This document shows, piece after piece, positions 9,706 to 19,569 of a stretch of 62,498 nucleotides of DNA (position 1 is its first letter; the number at the start of each line of letters is the position of its first letter). The DNA is taken from contig JACPPR010000028.1 of NCBI GenBank assembly GCA_016190895.1, positions 1-62,498 on the forward strand, read 5' to 3'. Position numbers and translations under genes: made by a program. The DNA comes from Chloroflexota bacterium (GTDB lineage: Bacteria > Chloroflexota > Dehalococcoidia > Dehalococcoidales > UBA2162). Under the pieces are notes generated by a model, which did not search any database, was not told where the DNA came from, and saw only the letters and a list, made by a program, of their open reading frames with translations.

Positions 9706-11561
9706 ATGAGGAAAAGTATTCTTTGGCTTGTGGTGAGTGGCTTGATGGCGCTGTCCCTGGTGCTGGCAGCCTGCGGCCCGACGGCAACACCAACGGCCCC
9801 AACGACTCCCACCACTCCGACTACCCCGACAGCTCCAACAACTCCCACAACTCCCACACAGGAAAAGCCACAGCAAGAGGCGGTGAAGCCTGCACCCGAA
9901 GGCCCCAAATATGGAGGTACGCTTACCTTCGCCCAGAACGGAGACCAGAGCGATTGGCGTCCGGAACGAAATATAACGGGGCGAATTATCGGCGCACTTT
10001 ACCAGCAGCTCTGGGAAGGCGACTGGTCAAGGGGACCAGCCGGCGGCTACGGCACCAATGAGGTTGACTGGGGGATGGGTAACAGCGACCTGTTTGAATA
10101 CAAGATGGGCTTTATTGCCGAGAGTACGAAATGGACAATAGATGAAGCTAAGAACCAAGGAACCATTGTCTACCAGGTTCGACCTGGGGTGACCTACAAC
10201 CTGAACTCAGCCAGCGAAGCCAGCCGCCTGGTTAATGGGCGAGAAGTGACGGCTGATGATGTCGTCTATGTCTTGAAGAGGGCGACTACCTGGAATCTAG
10301 CCTATATCTATAGCACTAATATCGAGCTGAGGAACGCTGATATACAAAAGACAGGCCCCAGGGAGGTTACTGTCAAGCTCCCTCTTGAGGCTTTCTACAC
10401 CGGCATAATCCGTTTTGGCGATTCGGTCTTTTTCTATCCTCCGGAGGTGGTGACGAAATACGGGGATATGTCAGATTGGAAGAATGCTGTCGGCACCGGC
10501 CCGTTCATTGTTACCGAGAACGTTCCCGGCAGTGCCATCGTTATGAAGAGGAGTCCCAATTACTGGGGGATAGACCCCGTAGGTCCGGGCAAGGGTAACC
10601 AGCTACCCTATATCGATACTTTCAGGATGCTTGTCATACCTGATGCCTCTACCCGACTAGCTGCTCTGAGGACAGGCAAGATTGACCACATGACCGGCCT
10701 TACATCGGAAGACGCTATCCAACTGCGCAAGCAGGTTCCGTCATTGCTGGAAAGAGTAGCAACATCGGCTCACGGCAGAGGCACACCGCTACTGATGAGG
10801 ATAGACCGAGCGCCCTTTAGCGATATCCGGGTACGCAAGGCAATGATGATGGCTGTCGATTTCCAATCGATACTCAAGAATTACCGGGGTGGTGTCGGGC
10901 AAATCCTGACCTATCCAGCCAGTAAAATTACCCCTTACGATAAGCTCTACCTTGACCTTGACGCGCCGGATTTCCCTGAGGAAGCCAAGGAGCTTTACAG
11001 CTATAACCCGGAAAAGTCAAAGCAGCTTCTGAAAGAAGCCGGCTATCCCAGCGGCTTTAAGACCGAGATACTCATCACCAGCACTGAGGCAGACTACTAT
11101 TCGATAATTAAGGATTACTTTGCCAGAGTGGGTATCGATATGAAGCTTGATATCGTGGAATCTAGCGTCAAGAGCGCAGTCACGGAGAAAAGGGAACACA
11201 AAGCGATGTCAACTGCCACCACGGGTCCCATAGCTCAGTTTACCTCGGGATTTACAATCCAGGGCGTAGCCGCTACAACCTCAGTATGATTGACGACCCT
11301 GTCATTAACGACGCGATGACGGAGATAAGACTGGCCGCCCTCACCGACCAGAACGAAGCTATGCGATTATACCGGGAAAAGATATTCAAATACATCGTCA
11401 CTAAGGCATATGCCGTCCCGGATGTCATCGGCACTAACCACGCTTTTTGGTGGCCCTGGCTCAAGAACTACTCCGGTGAAGAAGCCGTTGGCTACGATGA
11501 CTATAACTGGATGCAGTGGATATGGATTGACCAAGATTTGAAGAAGTCAATGGGGTACTAG
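9706..11561 (+). pseudogene. ABC transporter family 5 (peptide/nickel) solute-binding lipoprotein, frameshifted near 11270-11289 (or a sequencing error)
   Basis: Lipobox LAAC, Thr/Pro linker, PKYGGTL and GTGPF; the C-terminal part (YNLSMIDDP...WWPWLKNYSGE...WIWIDQDLKKSMGY) continues in another frame. Confidence 0.8.
9781..9858 (+). repeat. Thr-Thr-Pro linker tandem repeat (coding)
   Basis: TATPTAPTTPTTPTTPTAPTTPTTPT. Confidence 0.85.
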
Positions 11562-11592
11562 TTCCGGCAAAGTAAGACCACTGACGGAAGAT

Positions 11593-11632
11593 TAGCGGCT
11601 GGGAGAGGGCAACTCAACCAGCCGCTACTTTC
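11593..11632 (+). terminator. probable intrinsic terminator
   Basis: TAGCGGCTGG...CCAGCCGCTA stem followed by CTTT. Confidence 0.5.
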
Positions 11633-11744
11633 TGAGAAGTACAGGAATACCTTTGAGATTGGTATGGCAGTTGAGGCCACTTGACAGCAATGTAATAAAG
11701 TAGCATAAATAATATGCTCGAAAATAATCTGAGGAGGAGTGAAA

Positions 11745-13535
11745 ATGCCTGCAGCAAAAGACAAGGTCTATAAGTATCTCAATCCAGTCGGCATCCAGGA
11801 GCCGGTGGATATTCAACCTCTGGCGCCACGCCTGAAAACAATCGAAGGCAAAACCATCCATATCAGCATCACAGGCGAGCCGGATATCACCATCGCCCTT
11901 GAGAAAAAACTCAAGATGGATTATCCCGATGTCAACTGGACGATGAAGAAGTCATACACTCCTGCGCCGAACCAGTTGACGGATGAGGAAATTAAGACCA
12001 CCGATGGAGTGATAGTCGGCGTTTGCTGGTGAAGCGGGGCGGTATGGGGGCAGTTGCCCTACGTAGCCAAGCTGGAAGAAGCCGGTGTCCCGACGGTGAT
12101 GATTGACTTCGAGGACCAGGAAAGCATGATACACCATACCGGGCTGCAGCTCGGCTTTCCCAATACGCGAGTCGTCCATGCTTCACGGACAATTCCCGGC
12201 CCGGAGGATGTTGAAAACTGGGTAGAGGAAGTACTGGCTGGTTTGACCACACCATTAACGGCGAAAGAAAAGGAAAGCGGCCGCTTTGCCCCTCCCCAGG
12301 ACAGGATAATTTTCGAAGGCACTCTGGATGAAGCTCAGGTATTCTTCCAGCAGACCAGAGATGTACCCGTGCCTGTAAATGCGCCTATCTGCGTCTATTC
12401 GGATGGGCTGCCGATAGTAGCCCCCACCGAAGAGAAGGTGAAGGAAATGCTGACCGGCACCAGCCACAAGCCGGACGAGCTTATCACCTACCAGCGTGAC
12501 ATCCAACCGATGATGGTGGCGCCCCTGGGAGGCGTGGCTCAACAGGGACGGGGTGGGGGGATGGGAATGATCAGAAAGAAAGGCGAGGTGGTCTCATTCC
12601 ACCCCAATGAGTGGACAGCTACCGTAGAGAAGGTGGCGACGATTGCGGTTATGGCCGGCTGCAAACCGGAGCACCTGCCTGTAGTGCTGGCCATTGCCGA
12701 ATCAGGCTGCCGCACCGGCACCACGGTTATGAATAGTCAGGCTGTCTGCCTCAGCGGGCCTATTGTTGATGAGATAAAAATGAATACCGGATGCGGCATG
12801 TTCGGTCCCGGCAGCCCGGCCAACGCACCCATCGGCCGCGCTTACCAGCTGATGGCAATCAACCTCAGCGGCGCTATTCCGGGAGTGAACCGGATGAGCA
12901 GCCTGGGCAGTCCTATCAATAACGGCGGCACCTGTTTTGCGGAAAGAACCGCTTCCCTGCCTCCTGGCTGGAAGGGTTTGAACGAGGAGTTCGGCTTCAA
13001 AAAGAACGAAAGCGCTGTCATGGTAATGGGCTTCGAGGGCGGGCTGTCAGGACGCCAGTTCTCCCCGGGCGGCTACCGGGCATTACAGAAGAGCGGCCAC
13101 GGCGGTATCGCGCGACGTCTCGGCGTCAAGGGTATCCCCGGCCCGCACAACTGGCTGGAATACTACGTCCACAGCCTCTGGGAAGGCCGCGAAGGAGCCG
13201 TGACCCTGGTGATGGTATCCGAGATGGCCAAACACTTGCACGATTACGGCTTCAAGACCAAGGATGAGGTGTACGAGTGGCTCTGGAAAGCGAGTTTCAA
13301 GCCATTATCGGAATACAGAAACCGCTCCTGGGTCGACCTGACCACCAATGGCTGGATGGGTATCGAGGCACTCTCGGGAAAGCACTGGAAAGAGTTGCCC
13401 GACGATTACAAGTTACCGTTCGCGGGCAACAATCCGGGCATGAACTGCATCATCGTCGCCTCTAGCGAGGAGGAAATCTGTCTTAACCTCGAAGGCGGGC
13501 GCGGCACTGCTTACAGCGTCGATGCCTGGAGATAG
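11745..13535 (+). CDS. probable selenoprotein (596 aa; UGSC-like redox domain fused to a DGLP/AVMAGC domain); in-frame TGA at 12030-12032
   Basis: ORFs 11739-12032 and 12054-13535 share a frame and are joined by TGA plus 7 sense codons (GVCW-U-SGAVWGQLPYVAKLEEAGVPTV); hairpin just 3' of the TGA; GAGGAGG RBS before ATG 11745. Confidence 0.8.
12033..12068 (+). promoter_or_regulatory. candidate bacterial SECIS element
   Basis: GGC.GTA..GGGGCA-GT-TGCCC-TAC..GCC stem-loop with an apical G about 19 nt after the UGA. Confidence 0.55.
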
Positions 13536-13541
13536 GGAAAC

Positions 13542-13569
13542 GTAGGGGCAAGGCATGCCTTGCCCCTAC
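13542..13569. repeat. GTAG-type REP palindrome GTAGGGGCAAGGCATGCCTTGCCCCTAC
   Basis: Perfect palindrome with GTAG/CTAC ends; relatives at 22013-22040, 57356-57417 and 58137-58183. Confidence 0.85.
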
Positions 13570-13650
13570 AAATATTCGTAACAATTAGCGCCCATATTAC
13601 CATCGGGGTGCTGAAGTTTTAATAGGAAGACTTTCGCCATTGCTATAATA

Positions 13651-13803
13651 AAATCCCTCTCAATCTCCTTCCGATTCGTTTCACTCATACGGAATCCCGA
13701 TAAAATCGGGATGAATCGGGACTTTAATAAAGGGAGATGCCTTTGTTGTAGACACTCTTGCCTCAGGTATCCCCCTTTGACAAAGGGGGATTAAGGGGGA
13801 TTT
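13651..13803. repeat. family A repeat interrupted by a family C element (13669-13721)
   Basis: Removing TTCCGATTC...GAATCGGGA restores CAATCTCCCTTTAATAAAGGGAGAT. Confidence 0.85.
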
Positions 13804-14273
13804 TTCTCAGGCTTCCGTGCTTGCAAAACGCAAACATTCCCCAGTTTTGGTTCCGGGCACGCCTCAAGTCCCAGTTGTTTCGCCCAGATACGAAAGGCCT
13901 GGCGGCAATAGCGGCAGACATGCCCTTTGCCGAGACCGAGGCTCTTCGCTATCGCCCACTGGTTCTTGCCCCACCCCCCGAGGCAGCCGCTCTTGAAAAC
14001 AAGCTCCGCGTACTCGCTACCTGCCTTGAGTACATCAAAAGTGACTTCCGGACAGAGGGTTCGAAAGGCTTCGGCTTCCTTCTCAAGATACTCGGCGGCC
14101 ATAGGTGCTTCTTTGCCCATCCATTTGACCGCCCCCTCCGACCAGAGATGGTCGGCATACTCTTCCGGAGTCAGGCCGTGTTTTCTGGCAAAAGCCAGCC
14201 CGGCTAACTCGAACTTGAGCCGGCCGAGCGCCGTCCTGCGCCAGCTTCGACGTGTGTTATCCTTGTTCTCCAT
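13791..14273 (-). CDS. hypothetical protein (~160 aa) with Cys motifs (GCLGG, CRYC, CP, C)
   Basis: Coherent ORF from ATG 14273; the upstream ORF extension is repeat-derived; the stop codon lies inside a family A repeat. Confidence 0.65.
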   Translation of the reverse strand: MENKDNTRRSWRRTALGRLKFELAGLAFARKHGLTPEEYADHLWSEGAVKWMGKEAPMAAEYLEKEAEAFRTLCPEVTFDVLKAGSEYAELVFKSGCLGGWGKNQWAIAKSLGLGKGHVCRYCRQAFRIWAKQLGLEACPEPKLGNVCVLQARKPEKNPP

Positions 14274-14295
14274 ATGCAAATGAGTTGATTCGCGT

Positions 14296-14464
14296 CCCCT
14301 CACCCAACCTCTCCCGCAAGGGGAGAGGAGGTAACATACATACACCCTCTCCCTTGACGGGAGAGTCCCGATTCACTCCGTTCATACGGGATTCCGTATG
14401 AGTGAAACGAATCGGAAGGTTGAAGTCAGCTATGAATAAAATCAAGCCTCTGGGGTGAGGGTGA
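14296..14464. repeat. family B repeats (CCTCTCCCnnnnnGGGAGAGG...GGTGAGGG) with a family C insert at 14366-14417
   Basis: Family B copies also at 39005-39076, 40337-40371, 52150-52371 and 57420-57483. Confidence 0.85.
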
Positions 14465-14478
14465 AAACATCCTTCTAA

Positions 14479-14883
14479 TCAAATCAGCTTAACCACGAAT
14501 GGCACTACCAGCGCGACAAAACCGAAAGACAGTACCACAATCATAAACAGGTTGTATCTGGTGCGGTAATCACCCAGCAACGAGGCATCATAGTAGCCTT
14601 CTACGCCCTGGTCTTTATACATTCTCAGGAGGCCTTCCAGCAGTTTTTTCCTGGATTGCCTGCCCTTTATCAGCCCGGTTTCCACGACTAGATTCATCAC
14701 TATGAGAAGCAGTATCAAAATATAGAAAACGATATCTGTTGCAACTCCTCCAGCCCTTGAAATACCGGAATTTATGCCCAGGATTATCAGGTTAAGAAAG
14801 ATGCCAGCTAGAACAAACAGGGTGTCGGTGCGGGTATTGGTATTGAGTTCCTCGATAATATGCTCGTGGACTCGCTCTATCAT
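14479..14883 (-). CDS. small membrane protein (134 aa, about 3 TM helices)
   Basis: Start MIERVHEHIIEEL after GAAGGAGG; three hydrophobic segments. Confidence 0.75.
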   Translation of the reverse strand: MIERVHEHIIEELNTNTRTDTLFVLAGIFLNLIILGINSGISRAGGVATDIVFYILILLLIVMNLVVETGLIKGRQSRKKLLEGLLRMYKDQGVEGYYDASLLGDYRTRYNLFMIVVLSFGFVALVVPFVVKLI

Positions 14884-14918
14884 ATAACCTCCTTCAACTT
14901 CGCTCAGGATAAATCTTT

Positions 14919-15788
14919 TTATTCCCTGCCGAAGCGCCTGTAAATGAAGACAAATACGGCAACCAGCGCCACACCCGCAACCAGCCAGACCCAAATCCAG
15001 ATCTGGGCAGGCTTCACGGTGAAAAACAATTGGTGTATCTGCCGGGTTTCGTTTGCCTCGGCGATAAGGGTAATTTGTGTAGCTTCTATGGTAGCTTTGC
15101 CCGGTGGTCTGATGGTGACATCGACTGTTCTAAGGTTGCCGGGCGGAAGAGAATCTATCCGGTCGGGGTTAAAACCAATGACCCAGCCTTCAGTTCTATC
15201 CGAAGAAAACTCGATACCGGTGACGACCGTATTACTGATATTATTAACCTCCAGCAGGAAGGCATTGTCCTGCCCGGCTCGTACCTCGTTGGGGAAGGGC
15301 ACACGGTTGGGGGAAAGCAACATCAAGTTCAGGGCTGCCACTTTCACTATTACGGTGAAGTTCTGCACCTTTCGCGTTTCCTTTGCCTCGGCGATAATGT
15401 TAATCGGGTGCTCGCCCCTGACTACATCCGCTGGGGGCCTGATATTGACATTAATCGTCTGAAGACTCTCAGGATTGAGCGAAGGTATTATGCCTGGCTC
15501 AAAGTCAATGGACCAACCTCCTCCTTTGTCTGAAGATAGTTTGATATCGGTGATGATATTTTTACTAACGTTTTTGACTTCCAGAAAGAGGGGATTACTT
15601 TTACCAACCTCAACTTCAATAATGGTGCCGGAGCGGTTAGGCACCAGCTTTAAAGTCAGTTCTCCTTGCTGCGCCAGGGCCGGTTGAGCGAACGCGAAAA
15701 AGGGCAGTAACGATACTGCAAGCAAGAAAAACTTGCCGGACTTAGAGAAGGCAGTCTGAAAAGAAATATCTCTTGACATAATTAACAT
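14919..15788 (-). CDS. secreted/membrane-anchored protein with two NEW3 (NPCBM-associated)-like Ig domains
   Basis: Signal peptide; internal duplication (LEV.N.S....T.I..SSD...GW.I.F.P..I.SL.P..L.T..V.IRPP); C-terminal TM helix with basic tail. Confidence 0.75.
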   Translation of the reverse strand: MLIMSRDISFQTAFSKSGKFFLLAVSLLPFFAFAQPALAQQGELTLKLVPNRSGTIIEVEVGKSNPLFLEVKNVSKNIITDIKLSSDKGGGWSIDFEPGIIPSLNPESLQTINVNIRPPADVVRGEHPINIIAEAKETRKVQNFTVIVKVAALNLMLLSPNRVPFPNEVRAGQDNAFLLEVNNISNTVVTGIEFSSDRTEGWVIGFNPDRIDSLPPGNLRTVDVTIRPPGKATIEATQITLIAEANETRQIHQLFFTVKPAQIWIWVWLVAGVALVAVFVFIYRRFGRE

Positions 15789-15809
15789 CCTTGGATAAGG
15801 GTATCAGCA

Positions 15810-15971
15810 TTACTTCGGCTTGTCAATCTCTTTCTTCTGACCCAACCGCTTCTGGACAGCTTGCTTGTAGATAGTAGCCAGCCCTTTGCCGTGCTTCTGT
15901 ATCCGCTCCTGCTTTTTCTTAAGCTTCTTTTCCCGGCGCTCTTGCCTCGTTTCAGCGTTATTATCGGCCAC
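15810..15971 (-). CDS. small basic protein (53 aa) overlapping the uvrB 3' end
   Basis: GTG start with GGAG upstream; [53 protein letters not shown]; below the ORF-track cutoff. Confidence 0.55.
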   Translation of the reverse strand: MADNNAETRQERREKKLKKKQERIQKHGKGLATIYKQAVQKRLGQKKEIDKPK

Positions 15972-17955
15972 TCTTAATCTCCGCGTAATCGAACTCTTTC
16001 CTTAAATCGAAGATGCGGTCGCGCAGCAAGGCCGCTTTCTCAAAATCAAGGTTCTTGGCAGCTGCCTTCATCTGGGATTCCAGGTCCTTAATCAGGCGGA
16101 TAACATCCTCTTTGGAAGTAACCGCTCCCGCCATGTAAGGCGTCTTGGTTTCCGCAACCTGCTTCACCCGCTCGGTAATATCCTTGATGGCTTTCCTGAT
16201 TCCCTGCGGGGTGATGCCGTGCTCGGCATTATAGGCTTCCTGAATCGCGCGGCGGCGTTTGATTTCCTCCATCGCCGCTTTCATCGAACGGGTAATGGTA
16301 TCAGCATACATAATGACATGCCCATCGATGTGCCGGGAGGCGCGCCCCATCGTCTGGATGAGGGAGCCTTCCGACCTCAGAAAGCCCTCCTTATCGGCAT
16401 CGAGAATCGCCACCAGGCTCACCTCGGGCAGGTCCAACCCCTCACGTAAGAGGTTGATGCCGACAACGACATCATACACGCCGAGGCGGAGGTCGCGCAG
16501 TATCTCCACACGCTGTAGAGTATCGATTTCAGAATGGAGGTAATGAGTCTTAATCCCCAATTCAATCAAATAGTCGGCAAGTTCCTCGGCCATCCGCTTG
16601 GTCAGGGTGGTTACCAGGGAGCGCTCGCCTTTGGCGACCCGCTTCCTTATCTCTTCAAGCAGGTCATCGATTTGCCCCTTGGTCGGCTTGATTTCAAAGG
16701 TCGGCTCCAGCAGGCCGGTCGGCCTGACCAGTTGCTCCACCACCTGCTGGCTATGTTTGTATTCATAAGGCCCCGGCGTTGCCGAGACAAAGACAGCTTG
16801 GTTGATATGCTGTTCGAATTCACCGAAGCTGAGCGGGCGGTTGTCCAGCGCCGAGGGCAGACGGAAGCCATAATCCACCAGCGTCTGTTTGCGGGCGCGG
16901 TCGCCATTGAACATCCCGTTAAGCTGGGGAATGGTCATATGGGATTCATCGATGAGAAGCAGGAAATCATCAGGAAAGTAGTCCAGCAACGTCCAGGGCG
17001 GGCTGCCGGGGGCGCGGCCGGCCAGGGGGCGGGAGTAGTTTTCAATACCGGTGCAATAACCGGCCTCCCGCATCATTTCCAAATCGTAGTTCGTCCTCTG
17101 TTCCAGCCGGGAGGCTTCCAGCAGCTTGCCCTGCTCTTTCAGTTCCTTCAGCCGGGCAGTCAGCTCATCTTCGATACTCACGATTGCTTTCTGCAGCTTG
17201 TCCTGGGAAGTCACGAAGTGCTTCGCCGGGTAGATGGCGATTGACTCAAGCTCAGACAGTATTTCGCCGGTGAGCGGGTCGATTTGGACGATGCGCTCGA
17301 CCTCATCGCCGAAAAACTCAACTCTCAGGCCGATTTCCTCGTAGGCCGGCTGTATTTCAAGAGTATCGCCGCGGACGCGGAACTTGCCCCGGCTAAAATC
17401 GGAATCATTACGCTCGTACTGCATCTCCACCAGCCGGCGCAGGAGGCGGTAGCGGTTATAGCTTTCCCTCTTCTTTAGATTCAAAACGAAGCTGTAGTAT
17501 TCCTCCGGCTGGCCCAGGCCGTAGATGCAGGAGACCGAAGCCACGATGACGACATCCCGGCGCTCGAAGAGAGCGCGGGTGGCGGCGTGGCGCAGCTTAT
17601 CGATTTCGTCATTGATATCGGCATCTTTTTCGATGTAGAGGTCGATTTGGGGCACGTAGGCTTCCGGCTGGTAGTAATCGTAGTAGCTGACGAAGAACTC
17701 GACCGAGTTCTCGGGGAAAAACTCTTTGAACTCCTGGTAAAGCTGAGCAGCCAGGGTCTTGTTGTGGCTGATGACCAGGGTGGGCCGTTTTACCCGCTCG
17801 ATGACGTTTGCCATGGTGAAAGTCTTGCCGCTGCCGGTCACGCCCAGCAGCGTCTGCTGCTTCAAACCCTTATCCAGGCCCTCGACCAGCTTATCCACCG
17901 CCTGAGGCTGGTCGCCCGTCATTTTGAAATCAGATACTATCTTGAAATCTGGCAT
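15961..17955 (-). CDS. uvrB: excinuclease ABC subunit B
   Basis: [46 protein letters not shown] and a C-terminal UVR domain. Confidence 0.98.
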   Translation of the reverse strand: MPDFKIVSDFKMTGDQPQAVDKLVEGLDKGLKQQTLLGVTGSGKTFTMANVIERVKRPTLVISHNKTLAAQLYQEFKEFFPENSVEFFVSYYDYYQPEAYVPQIDLYIEKDADINDEIDKLRHAATRALFERRDVVIVASVSCIYGLGQPEEYYSFVLNLKKRESYNRYRLLRRLVEMQYERNDSDFSRGKFRVRGDTLEIQPAYEEIGLRVEFFGDEVERIVQIDPLTGEILSELESIAIYPAKHFVTSQDKLQKAIVSIEDELTARLKELKEQGKLLEASRLEQRTNYDLEMMREAGYCTGIENYSRPLAGRAPGSPPWTLLDYFPDDFLLLIDESHMTIPQLNGMFNGDRARKQTLVDYGFRLPSALDNRPLSFGEFEQHINQAVFVSATPGPYEYKHSQQVVEQLVRPTGLLEPTFEIKPTKGQIDDLLEEIRKRVAKGERSLVTTLTKRMAEELADYLIELGIKTHYLHSEIDTLQRVEILRDLRLGVYDVVVGINLLREGLDLPEVSLVAILDADKEGFLRSEGSLIQTMGRASRHIDGHVIMYADTITRSMKAAMEEIKRRRAIQEAYNAEHGITPQGIRKAIKDITERVKQVAETKTPYMAGAVTSKEDVIRLIKDLESQMKAAAKNLDFEKAALLRDRIFDLRKEFDYAEIKSGR

Positions 17956-17995
17956 AGCAGTAATATTATAGCAGATTGGAGAGAGCCGTAGAGCC

Positions 17996-18620
17996 GTAGG
18001 GTGGGTGAAGCGAAGCGAAACCCACCACGTTTCATTCCAAATTCATCTTGCTAACATCCTTTGGCGCAGATTCTCCCCATTCCCGCCCATACCACCCTTT
18101 CTCAACAAATCTGCCAAAACTACTGTGCTTCCAATCCGAAGGCGCATTCACCAAACCGTGTTTCACCGGATTATAATGAATGTAATCGCAATGCCTGTTG
18201 AAATCTTCCTGGTCACGAATCTGATGCTCCCAGAACCTTCTCTGCCAGATACCTTTCTCTCCTTTTTTCATCGCCGATAGAGAAATTTTGCCATCGACCG
18301 AATCCTCGAAATGCCGGCTGAAGGTTGCCTTAATTTTCTTCCACCGGACAGAGAAATCTGAATCGTTTTCAGGCAAAGTCCAGATGGTGTGCAAATGGTC
18401 CGGCAAAACCACCAAAGCGTTAATATCGAACGGATGGATAGCAATTACTTTCTGGAAAGACATGTGCAGCAGGTCTATTGCTGGTGTGTCTTGAAATATA
18501 GGCAGCCTTTCACAGGTCACAACGGTGAAGAAGTAAACTCCGCCTTTCACATAAGAGCGACGATACTCAGGCATGCGACAAACCTCAATGGTGGGTTACG
18601 CTGCGCTTCACCCACCCTAC
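17996..18620. mobile_element. RAYT locus flanked by inverted GTAG REPs (17996-18026 and 18590-18620)
   Basis: GTAGGGTGGGTGAAGCGAAGCGAAACCCACC and GGTGGGTTACGCTGCGCTTCACCCACCCTAC. Confidence 0.9.
18032..18574 (-). CDS. REP-associated tyrosine transposase (RAYT, HUH Y1 family)
   Basis: YFFTVVT, LPDHLH (HUH), [22 protein letters not shown] and WKHSS. Confidence 0.95.
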   Translation of the reverse strand: MPEYRRSYVKGGVYFFTVVTCERLPIFQDTPAIDLLHMSFQKVIAIHPFDINALVVLPDHLHTIWTLPENDSDFSVRWKKIKATFSRHFEDSVDGKISLSAMKKGEKGIWQRRFWEHQIRDQEDFNRHCDYIHYNPVKHGLVNAPSDWKHSSFGRFVEKGWYGREWGESAPKDVSKMNLE

Positions 18621-18622
18621 GG

Positions 18623-18919
18623 CTATCTTGCACCACGTTCCAGATATAACTTAATAATAGCCACCGTGTATGATGCATTCACCGTAATATTCTGGTAATC
18701 GCCGGGTTTCAGTGAGCCGGTTCGAGCATAACGGTCAAGAACTGGGTGAAGGTAGCGTTTTTTGACGCCTCGTTCCTTGCCAGTTGATAGAGGAGTATAA
18801 TAGACCGTTTCATCCGTGACCTTGGATAACTCGAAATTAGCTCTTCCGCCTGCCGTAGGCAGTGTGGTCCCCACCAGAGTCTTGCAGAAAGTCATGAAAG
18901 AAGAAACGCTAACAGCCAT
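18623..18919 (-). CDS. hypothetical protein (98 aa)
   Basis: GGAGGAGG RBS upstream; no recognised motif. Confidence 0.65.
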   Translation of the reverse strand: MAVSVSSFMTFCKTLVGTTLPTAGGRANFELSKVTDETVYYTPLSTGKERGVKKRYLHPVLDRYARTGSLKPGDYQNITVNASYTVAIIKLYLERGAR

Positions 18920-18951
18920 ATTGCCTCCTCCAAATAATATATCAGACCAAC

Positions 18952-19443
18952 CTATTGCCTGTCCTTGTCTTCATTGACCTCCACCCCCTCCGCAATATTA
19001 ATCCTCTGGACGGAGAGGGGGACGTAGTTGACCATCTTGCACTCGATGAGGTCTTTGAGTTTGATTTCGTCCTCAGTGAACTGCGCCCGGCCGGATTTGA
19101 CTTCGATGAAATCGATACCCCGCTCGTAATCGATGCCGATGAAATCAATAGGCGTGCCGAGGTAGATAAGGCGGTCATATTTGGTCAGTTCCAGGGTTGC
19201 CAGCAGCTCGTTCAGTTTGCCGGCGCGGGTGCCCTGGCTGCGGGTAATCGAAGTGAGCACATCGCGTGGCAGGTCTTCCAGCATATCGTGAAGCTCCTTG
19301 ACCGAATCGGCTGAAGCCAGCGCAAACCTGAGCTTCGCCTCAAGCTCGGCTACTGCTGGTTGTTCGGCTTTTTTCTGACGGAAAAGCAGGACAAGGATTA
19401 TCAGGAGCAGAATAAAGACTATTGCGAATAAGGCTATTTCCAT
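18952..19443 (-). CDS. membrane-anchored PD-(D/E)XK endonuclease related to archaeal Holliday junction resolvase
   Basis: N-terminal TM helix; YLGTPIDFI...FIEVKSGRAQ motif. Confidence 0.75.
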   Translation of the reverse strand: MEIALFAIVFILLLIILVLLFRQKKAEQPAVAELEAKLRFALASADSVKELHDMLEDLPRDVLTSITRSQGTRAGKLNELLATLELTKYDRLIYLGTPIDFIGIDYERGIDFIEVKSGRAQFTEDEIKLKDLIECKMVNYVPLSVQRINIAEGVEVNEDKDRQ

Positions 19444-19471
19444 TTAGACTCCCCCAAATTCCAATACGTCC

Positions 19472-19542
19472 TGTCACCCTGAGCCTTCCGCAGAAGTGCG
19501 AAGGGTCTCACGTGAGATTCTTCGCTGCGGCTCAGAATGACA
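19472..19542. repeat. palindromic repeat family F (TGTCAYYCTGAG...CGAAG...TCTCACGTGAGA...CTCAG..TGACA)
   Basis: Reverse complement matches 58728-58800 exactly over the first 44 nt. Confidence 0.85.
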
Positions 19543-19569
19543 CTCTTAGCAAAGCCTCTCTTATAACAG

